Of a stretch of DNA of 64,000 nt, positions 43,101 to 57,752 are shown one piece after another. The stretch spans positions 124,001 through 188,000 of the forward strand of contig JBEUKZ010000092.1 in the NCBI GenBank assembly GCA_048128005.1. Direction: 5' to 3'. The position numbers and the translations under genes were made by a program. The notes beneath the pieces were generated by a model. The model saw only the letters and a program-made list of their open reading frames with translations. It had not been told where the DNA came from and made no database searches. Numbering within the stretch: the first letter of the stretch is position 1; each line of letters starts with the position of its first letter. Origin of the DNA: Veleropilina oligotropha. Taxonomy: Eukaryota.

Positions 43101-45930
43101 TAGAATTTCCCTTTTCATCTTTCAGGGGACCTACGACATCTTTTGTTTTTTGTATTGACCTAATGTAAGCATAAATGATTTTGGATTTTCTTTGATGTTT
43201 TTTGCTATATTTTCTTCAAAACATTTCTTGGCTGCTCGGATTTCTTTTTTACACGTTTTCTCACATTGTTTATAATTTTGGTGGTCATCTGTGTCATGTG
43301 ACTCCCTGTATCGTTTCCAACGCTTATATTTCCTTCTGTTAATTTTTCTTACTTTCCTGGTTAACCATGGTGGTGAATGCTGTTTGCGTCTACACTTTAG
43401 TGGAACATTTACTTTTATTATTTCTTCGACGTTAACTCGAAAAGTGTCCCAACCTTCTTTAGCATTTAGGTTTTCAGATTCTCCCCAGTTTATATTTCGG
43501 AGATCTGACTTAATTTTGTCAAAGTCTGCTTTTCGAAAATCTGGTATTTCTTTTTGCTTGTTTTCATAGATATTGATAAAGCCAATTCTCTGAACAACTA
43601 TTTTGCTAATATATCCACACATGAAAATACCGACGACTTGCTTCCAGAAATAAATTTACTGACAAACGAAAAACTTGAAAATATATCTGTTACCGAAGAC
43701 GGAGTTCAAAAGATCATAATTTTTTTAGAACTAAATAAGGCCCTTGGACCAGTCAATATAAGCACTAACGTTTTAAAACGATTGTGTATGCCAATTTCAA
43801 TACCCCTTGCTAAAAAATTTAACTACTGCTTGTCCACGGGTACTTTCCCATCTGCTTGGAAAGATTCGCACGTTATCCCAATTCCAAAATGTAAAGATGC
43901 AAAGGAACCAAAAAACTTCCGCCCTATATCATTACTTAGCCACTTTTTGTAAACTATTTGAAAAAGTGAAACACAAACACATCTTAAATTTCCTGACGAC
44001 CAACAATCTTGTAAACCCATACCAATGGGGATTCCTGCCAGGAAAGTCTATCGAATCCCACCGCCTAGCATTTTATCATACTATACTAGCAGAGATCGAT
44101 AAAGGCAACTGTGTCACCACAGTCTTCTGTGACGTATCCAAAGCGTTTGACAGGGTCTGGAACCAGGGTTTATTTCATACAATGTCGCATATTGGTATAA
44201 AAAGAAATTTGCTAAAATGGATCAGTAATTATTTAGAAGGCAGGAAACAGCGCGTAATTGTGAATGGTACGCTATCGCAATGGAAGTACACGAATGGGGG
44301 TGGCCCACAAGGATCCGTACTCGGTCCGTTGCTATTCCTAATCTACATTAACGACATCGCGGAAGACATAACAGCGAACGTACCACGTTTTGCCGACGAC
44401 ATCCCATTACTCACTTCGCACTCATCAGCTGATGACATAACCGATCTTCTTTATGAAGATCTAGAAAAATTGTTCGATTGGTAAGTCAAATGGAAAATAA
44501 ATTTCAATCCCAATAAAACTGAATGCATGTTTGTTACCCGATCATTAAACTCCATAGTCCCCCGCCCAATACTTATTTTAACTCCTGTGAAGATGGTTGA
44601 CTCGCATAAACATTTAGGCATTTTCCTAAATAAATCTTGCAATTGGCAACACCATATAAACGAAATAACAACTAAGGCATCAAATCGTTTGGCACTGTTA
44701 CGATCCAAAAAATACAATTTCAACAGAAAAGTTCTTCTAAAATTATACATAGCTTTCGTCAGACCAATATTAGAATACTGCAATACAGTATGGGATAACT
44801 GCACTATAGCGGCATCAAACCGAATAGAAGCTATCAAATATGAAGCCGTTCGAATAGCCACCGGCTTGCCGAGATGGTGCTCAAGATATAATGCACTGAC
44901 TGAAACAGGAAGCACTTACTTAAAGAAAGACGCAAAATAAAAAGATTAAACATGATGCATGAAATAAAGAATAATCAATCTCCACAATATCTTCAAATTA
45001 TCCTACCACCCGAGCGAAGATCTTTAAATCCTTACTCGATCAGAAATTCTAGATTTGCTTCTGTCCCATTTGCTAGGACGGAACTGTTTCGAAAATCATT
45101 TTTTCCACAAACAATTAAAGATTGGAATAATCTAGATGAGGATACCCGTAAATGTACTTCACCCTTACTGTTCAAAGGAATGATTACAATAACCCCGTTC
45201 TGCTCAGCATACTTTAGTCACGAACTAGATCTCAATATCAGTATCACCCATACAAGACTATGTAATTACTGTAGTCTTTTAAATCAAAATTGTGCGTGTG
45301 GCTTCCCAGTTGAATATACTAACCATTATTTTTTAAATTGTCTCATTTTAACGACAAAGGCAGACGCTTTACCAAAGAGTGGGCACATGAAACCTGAACG
45401 AATATCTTATCGGTGAAGCGTCAAATGCATATGAAGGTAATACAAATATATTCTACTCTGTTCAACTGTATATAAGAAGCACCAAACGCTTTGAAATGAA
45501 ATATTCAAATAACCAGCCTGGATTGCTCGGACATCCACAAATCAATCGAACAATTACCTTATCTAGAATTTTACTGTAGATATGTATATGTATGTGGTAT
45601 ATAAACTAATCAAATAACCAGCCTGGATTGCTCTGACATCCGTAAATCAATCAAACAATTACCGTATATATAATTTTACTGTAGATATGTATATCTATGT
45701 GTTATATTACACTTCACAAACACCCTACTATTATTATTATTACTTTTTTCAAAACTTAAAAAAACGACATTGTAAATACATGTACATTGTGCAATGATTG
45801 TAGTATCATTCCAATAGGCGAGATGGATTTGTAGGCCGAATGACCTGTTGCCGAATCGTCAAAATACCATTACACTATTGTATAATCTGTGTATGTATAT
45901 TTATCATGTAATAAAATATTGTTTAAACAA
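40150..45930 (+). mobile_element. CR1/L2/RTEX-group LINE (APE + RT), degenerate, split by a CR1 insertion
   Basis: APE (CVYRPPN, ITGDFNID, SDHSP) at 40260-41390. It resumes at 43560 (DKANSLNNYF) with RT ([25 protein letters not shown]), a C-terminal Cys/His region and AATAAAA near 45910. Confidence 0.9.
41392..43558 (-). mobile_element. CR1-type LINE, 5'-truncated, nested in the plus-strand LINE
   Basis: [51 protein letters not shown]; 3' tail near 41400. Confidence 0.92.
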
Positions 45931-46150
45931 AAACATAAATAATATTATAAAATGTAAACAATAATGACAATTCTGATAATTCAGTATAATTAAGTTAAGT
46001 TTATGTAAATCGGCGGGTCTGTTTAATATATCGTTGTACAGCAAGAACAATATTTGTGTTGTCGTGTGTACTTATGATAATATGAAAGCATAGTGGCCTT
46101 ACACATGGACCATAGATACAAACTAGGAGTGTATGCAACAAAATAACGTC

Positions 46151-46835
46151 TGTATTCATAAACGTCACTCACACTCAAACTCAGTGAGTGCGCACTCATC
46201 CTAACTGAGTACAGCCTGACACTCATTGAGAGTACGCTCAAACTTAATGTGAAAAGTTGATTCTGTTTCATAAACGACACTCATACTCCAGCAAGTACTA
46301 GTCACTGAGTAAACGCCGAGTGCGACAGGTACCTGCCTCGAACTGCACTCACAGTCACATAAAGGCGATTGTGACATGGAAGATTACAACTATGACATTA
46401 AAAAGATGTGTTATTGGAGACGAAAAAGATATATATAACGCCAAAACATTTTTAAAGATAAAGGTTCCTCATTTAATCATGTTATACATTAATAATAACA
46501 TTGTGTTCCCATACTACTGAGTCATATCTATGTGCAATCGGGAACTGTTCCGGTATGCCGCCAGAATTGTAATAAAAAGCGCGTAACGATCGATTGCAAG
46601 ATGGACACTGCGATTCATTAATGTTTTCAACTAACGGCAGCAGAAAAGGGAGAACTTTTTATAGAAAAGGTGGTACCGGTATTCCATGTGTGGTTGTATA
46701 AGTTAATAAATTGACCAGGAGGAGACAAGCCTTGATATCACATTTCTCAAAAGTGTAACGCGACTTCAGCCACCCCCAGCTGAACTAACTTGAGTGTGAG
46801 TGGGGCACTCCATTGCGTAACGTTTATGAATACAA
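46151..46835. mobile_element. MITE with short TIRs
   Basis: tgtattcataaacgt...ctcacactcaa / ttgagtgtgag...acgtttatgaataca. Confidence 0.6.
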
Positions 46836-47010
46836 CCGTAAGTATATATCGAATTACAAAATATTTATGGCGGTGATTCCCTTCCATAAAGACTGTCGTA
46901 TTTCTAATGCAAGTTTCAATTCATGTTAGTAATTGAATTAAGAGCGTCAAATAGGGTTTATAATGTAAACAAATATATTTTGGTAACGTTTCTGTGATAC
47001 AATATTTAAA

Positions 47011-47147
47011 GTTATCCTGGGGCGGCGAGTTTGATACGTACGTTTATCCTGTGAGCTTTGAAAATATCACACGAGACGAAGTCGAGTGTGATATTGTCAT
47101 AGCTAACAGGACAAACGTACGTATCAAACGAGAAGCCGCAGGGTAAC
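47011..47147 (+). repeat. Long imperfect hairpin with CGAG/CGAG mismatches and a GAA loop
   Basis: CGAGtttgatacgtacgttt...atatcacaCGAGac-GAA-gtCGAGtgtgatat...aaacgtacgtatcaaaCGAG. Confidence 0.9.
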
Positions 47148-47396
47148 ATTTTTATTCCCATTTTATTTTTAAAAATATCTATCTTTATATACCTGTCAAT
47201 GCTGAACAATGACTAAGCAATGAATAACGTCATGTTAAATTGCACCTTACGGGAATAATTGCAAAATAACCTGGATATTTGAAATTGTTCAGCATATACA
47301 TATATAGTCATGTATATGATTGAATGTCAAAGAAATACTTGAAACACTTGATTAACACTCGCATTTAAACGAATGACGTCTAGAAGAGATTAAATA

Positions 47397-50300
47397 TGTT
47401 TCTCTAGTTAATGCCCCAGTCATAATTCTGGGAGACCTGAACGTAAATTTTCTTTCTGAAAATTCTGCCACAACTGCAAACGTATTTTCTACCTATAATT
47501 TCACACAAATCATTGAAAGCCCAACACGAAGTACAGGACAATCTTCGACGATGATTGACCATGTCTTTTCAAACAACCCTGGATTAATAAGTAACGCAAC
47601 CGTTTTGGCTCCGATTTGTAGCGATCATAGTCCAATTTTAGTAACAATGAATCAAAAGAAAAATAAGGTAATGTGTTATAATCGTACAATATGGCAATAT
47701 AATGCAGGAGATTATGACCTCCTAGCTAGCCTGATAAATAATTTTGACTGGGAAAGCCTCTTCGAAGAAGCAAATATTGATAAAGTATGTCAAGATTTCA
47801 GTGATTCAATCAAAACCATGATCAAGGCCTCCGTTCCTTCGAAAAATGTTACAATACGCCCCAAAGACAAACCCTGGTATAATAGCGAAATACGTAAATG
47901 GGCAAAAAAACGCAACAGACAACATTTGAAGTGCAGGCGCAACAACACCCCCAACCATTGGACCATCTTTCGAAGATTACGCAACAAAGTAATCGAACTT
48001 GTAAGAGTTGCTAAGGCAAATTATTACGAAACAATTTACAACCAAATTAATTCTGACAATAGTAAATCACGAGCCTGGTGGAAACTTCTCAATTCTGTCT
48101 ATGGAGCTCAACGAAATGATTCTATCAATTATATGAAGGATGAACTAAACAATGAAATAACTGACGATCAGACCATCGCCAATATCTTAAACAAATATTT
48201 CTGTTCTATATCCACAATTGATGACAATACAACTGAACTACCAATCGTACACCTGAAAGCAGATAGTACTCTTGATGTCTTCCCGATAACGTAAGAACAT
48301 ATTCTCACTTCGATAAAAACACTCAGGCACCACAAAGCATCCGGACCAGATGACATAAATTCAACAATTTTAATAAATACAAGTGCGTCCATAAAGCGCC
48401 CTTTATGTTTACTCTTCAATAAGTGTTTCCAAGCTGGTAAGTTTCCAAAACTATGGAAAACAGCAACGGTCATCCCAAGTTTTAAGAAAGGAGACCACAG
48501 TGAACCAGGCAACTACAGACCAATTTCTCTTACATGTCACATTGGAAAGCTATTTGAAAAGGTAATCTTTAATAAATTTTATCTTTATCTAAGTGATCAC
48601 AATTTAATTTATCCTTATCAATCGGGATTTTTGCCTGGACACTCAACTGCGTATCAAATATTGGAAATATATAATAAAATAATGTTTGAATTAGATCAAG
48701 GGCACTGTGTCACAAGTATATATTGCGACATATCAAAAGCATTCGATCGGGTGTGGCACCGCGGTATTCTCTTCAAACTAACAGAGTATGGCGTAACTGA
48801 TCGACTGAATAGTTGGTTTTCCGATTACCTGTCTGAAATGACACAACGTGTTCTAATAAGAAATAAATTATCAGAATACCAAACAACCAATGCTGGTGTT
48901 CCCCAAGGATCTGTGTTAGGCCCCTTATTGTTTCTATTATATGTTAATGATATAACTACACATATACACGGCGACACCAGACTTTATGCCGACGACACCT
49001 CTCTTCTATATGCTCACTCCCCTGCAGAAGTTATACATAATACAATTAATACTGATTTAGAGAAATTGGTCAACTGGGCTAACCAATGGCTTGTAAACTT
49101 TAATGCTTCAAAAACTGACTGTCTAATTATATCAAGACACCCAAACATATCCCACAATATAACGATGAATAACGCGACGGTTAAAGAAGTCAATATCCAT
49201 AAACACCTTGGGATTATCCTAAACAAGAATGGCACATGGAAATAACATGTGAATGACATTGTAAGTAAATGTTCAAAATTAATTGGATTGTTTAGAAGTT
49301 ATAAGTATAAATTCAACAGGAAAACTCTTAAAGCAATATATATTACTTTCATTCGTCCTCGCCTCGAATATTGTGCCGTTGTTTGGGATAATTGCTCTCA
49401 GGAAGAGTCTGATAATGTTGAAAGGATCCAAAACGAGGCCCTTCGAATAATAACCGGTCTTCCCAAATGGTGTTCGCTTGCCGATCTCCGTAAGGAAATC
49501 GGATTAATTGATTGAAAAACAAGACGCATGAACCAGCGATTATGCCTCATGTACAAAATCTTGAATAATTTATGCCCTCGCTATCTACATGCACTTTTAC
49601 CTCCCACTATTGGTCAATTATCCACTTACTCAACAAGAAACAGTTCTACCCTCTCGGATGTACTGGCCAGAACTGAATCCTATAAAAAATCATTCTTTCC
49701 TCGAACTGTAAACGATTGGAACAAATTGCCATTGGTTAAAAGGGAATCTAGTTCATTACTAATTTTCAAAAGAAATGTCGTGATTAATTTACTTTATCTG
49801 AAACATTTCGACTATGAATTTGATCGAAAGACCGCTATTCTTCATTGCAGACTTCGAAATCATTGCAGTGGTCTCTTCGGTGACCTATTCAGAATTAATA
49901 TTGTGGACAACCCTGCTTGTCAATGTGGTTTCCCCAACGAAACCGCGGAACATTATTTTCTGTATTGTCCCTTTTATGTGGAATTGCGAAATATCATGTA
50001 TACCGAACTTGGTGAGAATTGCCAAATCAACACAATTCTCTATGGGAATTTGGAACTTGATATTGACAGAAATATTACCATTTTCAAAGCGGTTCAAAGT
50101 TTTATTAAGAAATCAAAACGTTTTATCTAAACATAATGAAACGAAGCTCGTCACGTTATGATAAAAATTACCTTGTATTTTACACTAAATTAACTGTATA
50201 TTCTGGACTATCACTTTTATTCTATGTATATGTCCATTTGGAAAGAAATCACGTTTATCTTCCAAGCAAATCATTCCGATTAATGCATTGTGGAATACCA

Positions 50301-50585
50301 ACACTCAATAAACAGTTGTGTTATGTTTAAATGATTGATTATGCTCAAACTTATTGTTTATCTAGTTAATTAATCTTGTATAATGCTTTAATAACTCTGT
50401 CTATGCTGTGTACTTTTCGTACTGGGCGAGAAGACTTACATAGGCTTGTCCTGTTGTCCAATCGTCGCACACTATTCTTGTACTCATACAGCCATGCATT
50501 TTATCAATCTGTGCATTTATTAACACTTTGTCAAATGTATTGTCTGTATGTATTTATTGTGATTTAATAAAATATTGTTTAATCT
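47397..50585 (+). mobile_element. CR1/L2/RTEX-group LINE, 5'-truncated, few stops
   Basis: APE C-terminus (GDLN, SDHSP), RT ([22 protein letters not shown]), CxCG..H..LYC; AATAAAA at 50566; 13-bp TSD AAGAGATTAAATA at 47384-47396 / 50586-50598. Confidence 0.93.
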
Positions 50586-50589
50586 AAGA

Positions 50590-53010
50590 GATTAAATAGA
50601 TAGATTAAATAGAATTTGTTTGGGTTTAGAAAGCGCATTACTGCCACTCATATAAAAACCCACCGAGTTGTCTTGTCCTCTATAACCTGCCCTGCTTCTT
50701 AAAATGCTCATCTAGGCGATTTTTAAATTGGTTTACAGATGTCGATTCCACTACATTATTAGGAAGAACATTCCATTCATCGACAACCCGATTTGAGAAA
50801 AATTGTTTTCTAACGTCTAGTCGGAATCGTTTTTTGTAAATCTTGTATTGATGCCCCCGGGTATGCCTTTGGTTCATCTGAAAAAAGAAACTATTGTCAA
50901 CGTTGTCTTTTCCTGTAAACATTTTAAACACCTGAATCATATCACCTCTTATCCTTCTCAAAGATAATGTTGTGAGGTTCAGAGCTCTTAGTCTCTCCTC
51001 ATATGGTAATTCTCTCAATTGTCCTATCAATTTTGTGGCTCTTCTTTGAACTTGTTCTATTATATTGATATCCTTTGCAAGATATGGACACCATGCTTGC
51101 ACTGCATATTCTAAATGCGGTCTAACCATTTGCTTGTATAGGCGAGTTATGACGGCTTTAGATTTAAAATTAAAATTTCTCCTTATCATTCCCAATATTT
51201 GATTTCCCTTTTTAGCTGACTCTGCACATTGATTTGATGGTTTAAATGTCTTGTCTACCCATACACCCAAATCTTTTTCTTTGGCCACTTCTTGCAAAGC
51301 TTCTGAACCCATTTCATAATTATAGGTATTGTTATTATAACCCACATGCATTACTTTACATTTGCTGGTTTTGAAAACTTTTGCCAGTCCTCAGACCATT
51401 TTATCACATTATTTAAATCACCTCGAAGTTTCTTTGCATCTTCTTCTGTTTCGATAATTCTGTACAGCTTGGTATCGTCTGCAAACTTTTTTACTAGAGA
51501 TGTAATGACGTCATCAATATCATTTAAATATATGAGAAACAACAATGGTCCCAAAACAGAACCTTGCGGGACTCCACTTAGTACTGGTTTCCATTCTGAC
51601 TTTATCCCATTTATTACAACCCTCTGTTTTCTATTTTCTAGCCACTTACATATCCAATTTAGTATTTGGCCTTTAATGCCATGGTTACTTAATTTTTGTA
51701 ATAGTCGTTTATGTGGTACTTTATCGAATGCTTTCTGAATATCAAGATATATGATATCAACTGGTTTTCCCATGTCAATTGCACTTGTTACATCTTCAAA
51801 AAATTCCAGTAAGTTTGTTAAACAAGATCTTTTTTCCATAAACCCATGCTGACTTAGGTTTAGAAGGCCAAATTTATTTATGTGTTTTAAGATAGCATCC
51901 TTTAAGATAGATTCCATTATTTTGCCTACTATTGATGTCAGACTAACAGGTCGATAATTTGGGGTATTTGATCGACTACCCTTTTTAAAGATTGGGGAAA
52001 TATTTGCAGTCTTCCAGTCATCAGGCAAGCTGCCTTCTTGTAGAGTTTTATTGAATATCAGGGCTAATGGCTTTGCTAATTCATCTTTACCGAATTTTAG
52101 CAATTTGGGATATATGCTGTCTGGACCTGGAGCTTTACTGACATTTAGTAAGCTTATCTTTTTTTCAACCATTTCCGTAGTAATTTCAATACTTTCACAA
52201 AAAGTTTCATGATCTTCATAAATAAGTTTTACCGGTGGAATGTTTATCGTGTCCTCAATAGTATAAACAGATGCAAACTATTTGTTTAGGGATTCTGAGA
52301 TTTGTGCATCATCGGATATTATATTTCCATGTTCATCGTTCAGGGGACCTACGACATCTTTTGTTTTTTGTTTTGACCTAATATAAGCATAAAAAGATTT
52401 GGGGTTTTCCTTGATGTTTTCTGCTAACTTTTCTTCAAAAGCTTTTTTGGCTGCTCGGATTTCTTTTTTACTTTCTCTCTCACTTTCTTTATATTTTTGG
52501 TGCTCATCTGTGTCGTGTGACTCTCTGTATCGTTTCCAACGTTTATATTTCCGTCTTATAATTTTTCTGACTTTCCTGGTTAACCATGGTGGTGAATGTT
52601 TTTGCGTCTACACTTTAATGGAACATTTCTTTTCATTATTTGTTCGATGTTATTTCGAAAACCTTCCCAACATTCCGTGGCATTTAAGTTTTCAGTTCCC
52701 TCCCAGTTTATATTTCGGAGATCTGCGTTAATTTTGTCAAAATCTGCTTTTCGAAAATCTGGTATTTCTTGTTTGCTAGTTTTCACAATTGTTTTTGTGT
52801 TTAGCTGGAATTCAATTAAATCATGATCACTACATCCAAGTTTTCCAATTCTGCTAATGTTTTGCACCATATTTACCTCACTGGAAAACACTAAATCTAA
52901 TACATTATTGCCTCTAGTCGGGAAATCCACATGTTGGTGCATGAATTCATTTTGCATTGTGGTTAAAAAATCTGTTCCTGCTTTCCCACTATGTAAATTT
53001 TTTTTTTCCA
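50590..53010 (-). mobile_element. CR1-type LINE, second copy, close relative of 41392-43558
   Basis: ORF pieces 53071-52580 (PTRGNNVLDLVFS, SDHDLI), 52172-51351 (RT) and 51351-50680; near-identical 3' end. Confidence 0.93.
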
Positions 53011-53458
53011 ATTTATATGTAGAGGTGTAGTTTGATACGAATACGTCGAGTTTGACATAAGTATTTGTCAAACTCCACGTGACGTCATTTTCACTAATCA
53101 GACGTCTCGGATTTCACGAAATGAAAATAATGTATTCTATGCATAGATCTTGGGCCCACCATAGACCCCCTTGGGGATTTTTGAAGATGATTATTTTCAT
53201 AATCTTTGGCCATTTCCCTATCACAAGCAGGTTGTCTGCACGCTGTGCATTGGTGGGTGCGGCTGTGAGGGGTCTTTGAAGTAGGGAACCCCAAATACTC
53301 CAACTGTGATCCATTTATCTTTGGTATTGCAAAAACATATACGACCAATCGAAATATTGGAGAATCAACTGCTCACATTTTCAATGTTTTCCTTCAATAT
53401 TGGTTGCTCGATGATCGGTATATAACAAAATGATTTAATTAAGTTCATTGGCGGTATA

Positions 53459-54115
53459 TCACTAGCGGATCCAGACACCATGGCTCCCCCTTTTGAAAAT
53501 AAAAAAATGCATTGTTTGAATGAGACAAAAAACAAAAGAAATACTTACAAATTTTTGTGAAAACGGTTCATAGATGCTGGTAAGAAATATCGTGTATGTA
53601 CTGTAAAAATGCATCTGAGTGGGTTTCAAATAACCCTGAAAATTTACTCATACATTTTAATGAAAACGGTTCATAAATGTTTGCAAGAAATATCGCGTTT
53701 ACACTGGCAGAATGCAGGAGAGGAGGTTTAACATCGTTAATTAGAAAATAAAAAAATTGATTTTGAAAAAACAGAAAATTTCTTTATACATTTTAGTGAA
53801 ACAAATTGAGTGTCAAATGTAGGAGTGGACCGTTTCTTGACTTTTCTGGGGATACAGGCGGTCTGGACTCCACGTTTGGAAGCAGAAATGCATGCGTTAG
53901 ATTGTGAAAAAAAGGAAAAAAATTAGTCATACATTTGAGTCAAAATGGTTCATAAATGTGGTAAGAAATATCGCTTTTGCCCTGTCAGAGTGCATGAGAG
54001 GAGGTTTCAGGCTGTTGTTTGTCAAAATTTCTTTAGCGTGGGTTCCAGTTCCCGCGCGAACAGTTGATAGTATATTTGATAACATTTGGATCCCGCCTTT
54101 TCAAAATCCTGGATA
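53459..54115. mobile_element. Degenerate non-autonomous DNA transposon (hAT-like end) with internal repeats
   Basis: cactagcggatccag start; three repeats of aa(c/t)ggttcata...aagaaatatcg; ...aaaatcctggat end. Confidence 0.45.
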
Positions 54116-54119
54116 TTTT

Positions 54120-54870
54120 AGTTTAAACAAAATTTTATTTATAATACATGCTAACATTTACATTACAATATATACAATAGAAGGATCTAGCAACAACAGT
54201 GATATCTTCATCGGATGTTACGTGATACGTAAGGATAAATAGGACAGACGTGCAAATTAAGTGATTATTTACAGGATAATGAGTTGAACATGTAATAAGA
54301 TAGGTATATAAGTATGATGATGAAATTAATAATAATATAGTGTTTAACTTTTTAGCAGGTAATCAATAATGTATGTATGGAAAAATTACATACGTACATA
54401 TGTACGAAATAATTTATAAATACGAGTGTCTGTCATATCGTACTAATTATGAATAAACAGTATTCTTGTATGAATACGGGAATAGTTAACTACAAAATAA
54501 TAGCCGCAAAATATTATATATGTTAATACATGCAATTACATAAATAAATGTGCCATTAATATCATTACATATAATGTTGTATTCCGGACATAATATAATT
54601 TGTAAGTTGTTTTAATACGGCATATTGTTGTGCAAAACGCTTGCTCGATATAATAAAAGTTTGTACCACTCTGAAGATCTCTAGATTGACCATATCGGAA
54701 AACAATGAACTACCGCTTAGTAAAACGTCTATATTTATTTGTTGTGTGAGTGTTCCTATGGTTACCTCTCTAATGTCGTTATATATGTTACATTCTAGCA
54801 AGTAGTGCTTGGCAGTTTCTATAAGTTCACATTCGCAAGCATTAGATTGGGAAATATGGTTTCTATATGA
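54120..54870 (-). mobile_element. 3' end of a LINE (same group as 47397-50585)
   Basis: CECELIETAKHYLLEC...LLSG...IFRVVQTFIISSKRF; AATAAAA-type tail near 54130. Confidence 0.8.
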
Positions 54871-57629
54871 TTGATTGATTGAGCAATATTTTTATTTACT
54901 TTTCCTAGGATCATAAATAATACACATAATACATTTATTATAATACATAATAACATTCAAGCTTTAGAAGAATGTTGCGATTAGACAACATGACAAGTCA
55001 TTTCGCAATATGAATATTTGCAAGCAACAGTAACATATATAATGTCATGAATATTAGGGCGTTTAGATCCCTGTAAGTAACAAATGTAAGAGAGAATGGA
55101 TTATTCTGACAATGACAGGAATGAAGCAAATATAAGGAATATGGTAAGTACACAATACTTAAAAATATTCGTGGCGACGAACAGGTTTAACATACTGGTA
55201 ATTAATTAGTTAAAGCGCTTTGATGATTTAATAAATATTTGTACTGTTTTGAAGATGCTTAGATTTTGCTCCAGACTCAGGTTTGGTTTACCATATAGGA
55301 TTGTGTCAGTTGAATTTTTATTCCCAAGATTGTTTAGGAATATTTGTCGGGCAATATGGGCAATATAGGAAATAGTTCTCGGCGTTTTCAATAGAAAAGC
55401 CACAACGACAACATGGGTTGTCAGTAATGTGATTAATGTGGAGATCACCATATAGATTACTGCTGTTGTTACGAATTTTGCAAGTTCAAAGTCGAAATAT
55501 TTGGCATATGAAATATTTTCAGAGATTAGTCTATTGAAAATAAGAAAGTTTGTAATTTTGACATTCAAAGTTGGCCAACTTATAATTCCAGATTTTTATT
55601 TTATAACACATTGACTGGGTTTTTTTCCAAGGTCAAGGATACTAACAGTGGGCAGTGATCACTGCAAATCGGGTCAAGGACTTTGGTACCAGTTATGGTA
55701 TCTGAGCAGTTACTAAAGACAACGTCAATCAGTGTCGCCTAATTAATAGTAATTATGGTAGGAGGTTCAACATGTTGAGTGAAATTAAACATTGTTAATG
55801 AATTAAGGATGGGGATTGATATTTCTGATAAAATGTTTACATTAAGGTCACTTAAGATAATTACTGGAATATTTATTTAATCGATCATTTCAAGAAATTG
55901 GGAAAAAATATTGTTTAATGGTTTGTTGGGCGGGCGATAAATACAGCAAACAATTATGTTTATATTATTAATAAGTACATTTATACAAATCATTTCTAAG
56001 GCAGGTACTTCTAGATCAACACGTCTCGAGTGCTGGTAAAGTTTCGACACATAAATTGCGACACCACCACCGTGGCGATTTATGTCCTTACGTAATAAAG
56101 TATATCCGGGGATACACAGCTGGTCATCTGTAATCGAGTCGTTAAGCCACGTTTCACACACACACCCATTATGTTATACGAGTTATTTTCACCTTCAAGG
56201 ATATCATTATAGAGTACGAGGCTTCGGATGTTATTAAAGTAAAGGGATATGTATTGGTTGGTCCGGGATTCGGGTGGACGTCCCCGCATAACATTAGTAA
56301 CATAGAGCAGTATTATAATATGCATAATTCGAAATAAAGAAACCACCACAAAGAAAAAATAAAATAAGTCCGCTTCTTTTTACAAAGTCTGGTTCATAAG
56401 GTTGTTGCACAAGTTTAACACGGTCAAAAATTCCGATTCTCATTCTATGATTTTGAGATCTAATTGGCATAATGGCAAAGTAAATAGTGAAGAAATATAT
56501 GTTCTAAGCGATTGATGGGAAAATGTCTGAGGCAGGCAGAAGCAAACATCGCAAAATATAAGTAATTCTCAGTGGCACGCGCGTACATTGATCGTAAGTT
56601 AATTGGGGCTGATCAGCAAAAAACAATAATAGGCGTAGCATGCCGGTAAGAATGTTAAATTAGAATCACGTGGTCGACTGAAATAAACATATGTCTGTCA
56701 ACCTGTTAAATGTAGCACATAAATGTCACACAGATGAAGATTATAAATAATATATTTTATAAGAGAGTAGAATATACAATCATCCAATGGTTTGATTGAT
56801 TGACACAGTACGAATAACGGATGAAGAGAGAGGTATCGCTACTAAAACAAAGCAAAACAGAAAAACAAAACAGGCCAGCTGGTCTATAAATATATTTAAA
56901 ACACAGCCACCATGTTTTTCTTTGTTTAAACGCAACATTCTTTTTCGGGAATGGAGCGCTATTTTGAATAGCTCTCCATTTTTCCGCGAAAAAAAGAGCG
57001 TGAAATCAGACATCTTGCAATAAATCCAGAATGTTTAATTTCAAACTGAAATGGCATCTATGTTACACATTTATTACGATAACGCACATTTTGTATAATA
57101 TATCCAGATTGTTTAATATCCAACAGAAATGAAATCTTTGTTAAATTCCGATAACGCACACTTTGCACATTTCCATCGCACTTAATTTCGGTAATCACTT
57201 GTTGCACACATTAAAAGCCCGCGTGTCGCTTTTATAGTTCTGCTGCATTGAGTTAAAATGAAATTTCAAGTTCAGGTAGTGAAATTTTCACTAGCACTAG
57301 CTAATTTTTTCATCCGAACGCTATGACGTCTGTTTTACAACTGAATTAAATTGTGCAATATTATGTCCATGTGGTCACTGTGAACTGGGACTACTTGTGG
57401 AAATCGTATAAACCGGGTCACATGGGACACATTGAACACTGACACAAGCATGCGCTTGATTAATAAACAATAGGCTATTAAACAACAATGGGTGTACTTC
57501 ATAGAAGGGGGTGAATATTATTTTGTTTATTATTTATATTAAAATAAAAGAACATACACTTAATAACGAACAGTTCAGAAAATGAATTACCATAGCAAGA
57601 AATTGTCAACACCGTGTCTGTGTTTTAAG

Positions 57630-57742
57630 TTAGAGAAAAGCCTCGTAACTCTCCATTCCTGAAAAAGAATGAGCCTCGGCCCCTTCGGGGCCTCGGCTAC
57701 ATTCATATTCAGGAATGGAGAGTTACTCGGCCTTTCTCCTTA
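57630..57742 (-). repeat. Long hairpin with CGAG/CGAG mismatches and a C-GAA-G loop
   Basis: Minus strand reads gcCGAGgcccC-GAA-GgggcCGAGgc, plus an outer CGAG/CGAG pair. Confidence 0.9.
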
Positions 57743-57752
57743 ACATAAATAT

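Noticed and set aside
45508..45700. About 105-bp tandem duplication
   Set aside because: Lies in a LINE 3' UTR; ordinary.
53114..53314. WSIWGSLLQRPLTAAPT resembles the iGluR/IR pore loop; YTAN near 53450
   Set aside because: No flanking M1/M3 helices in frame, stops nearby, and YTAN is in the wrong order; not supportable as an exon.
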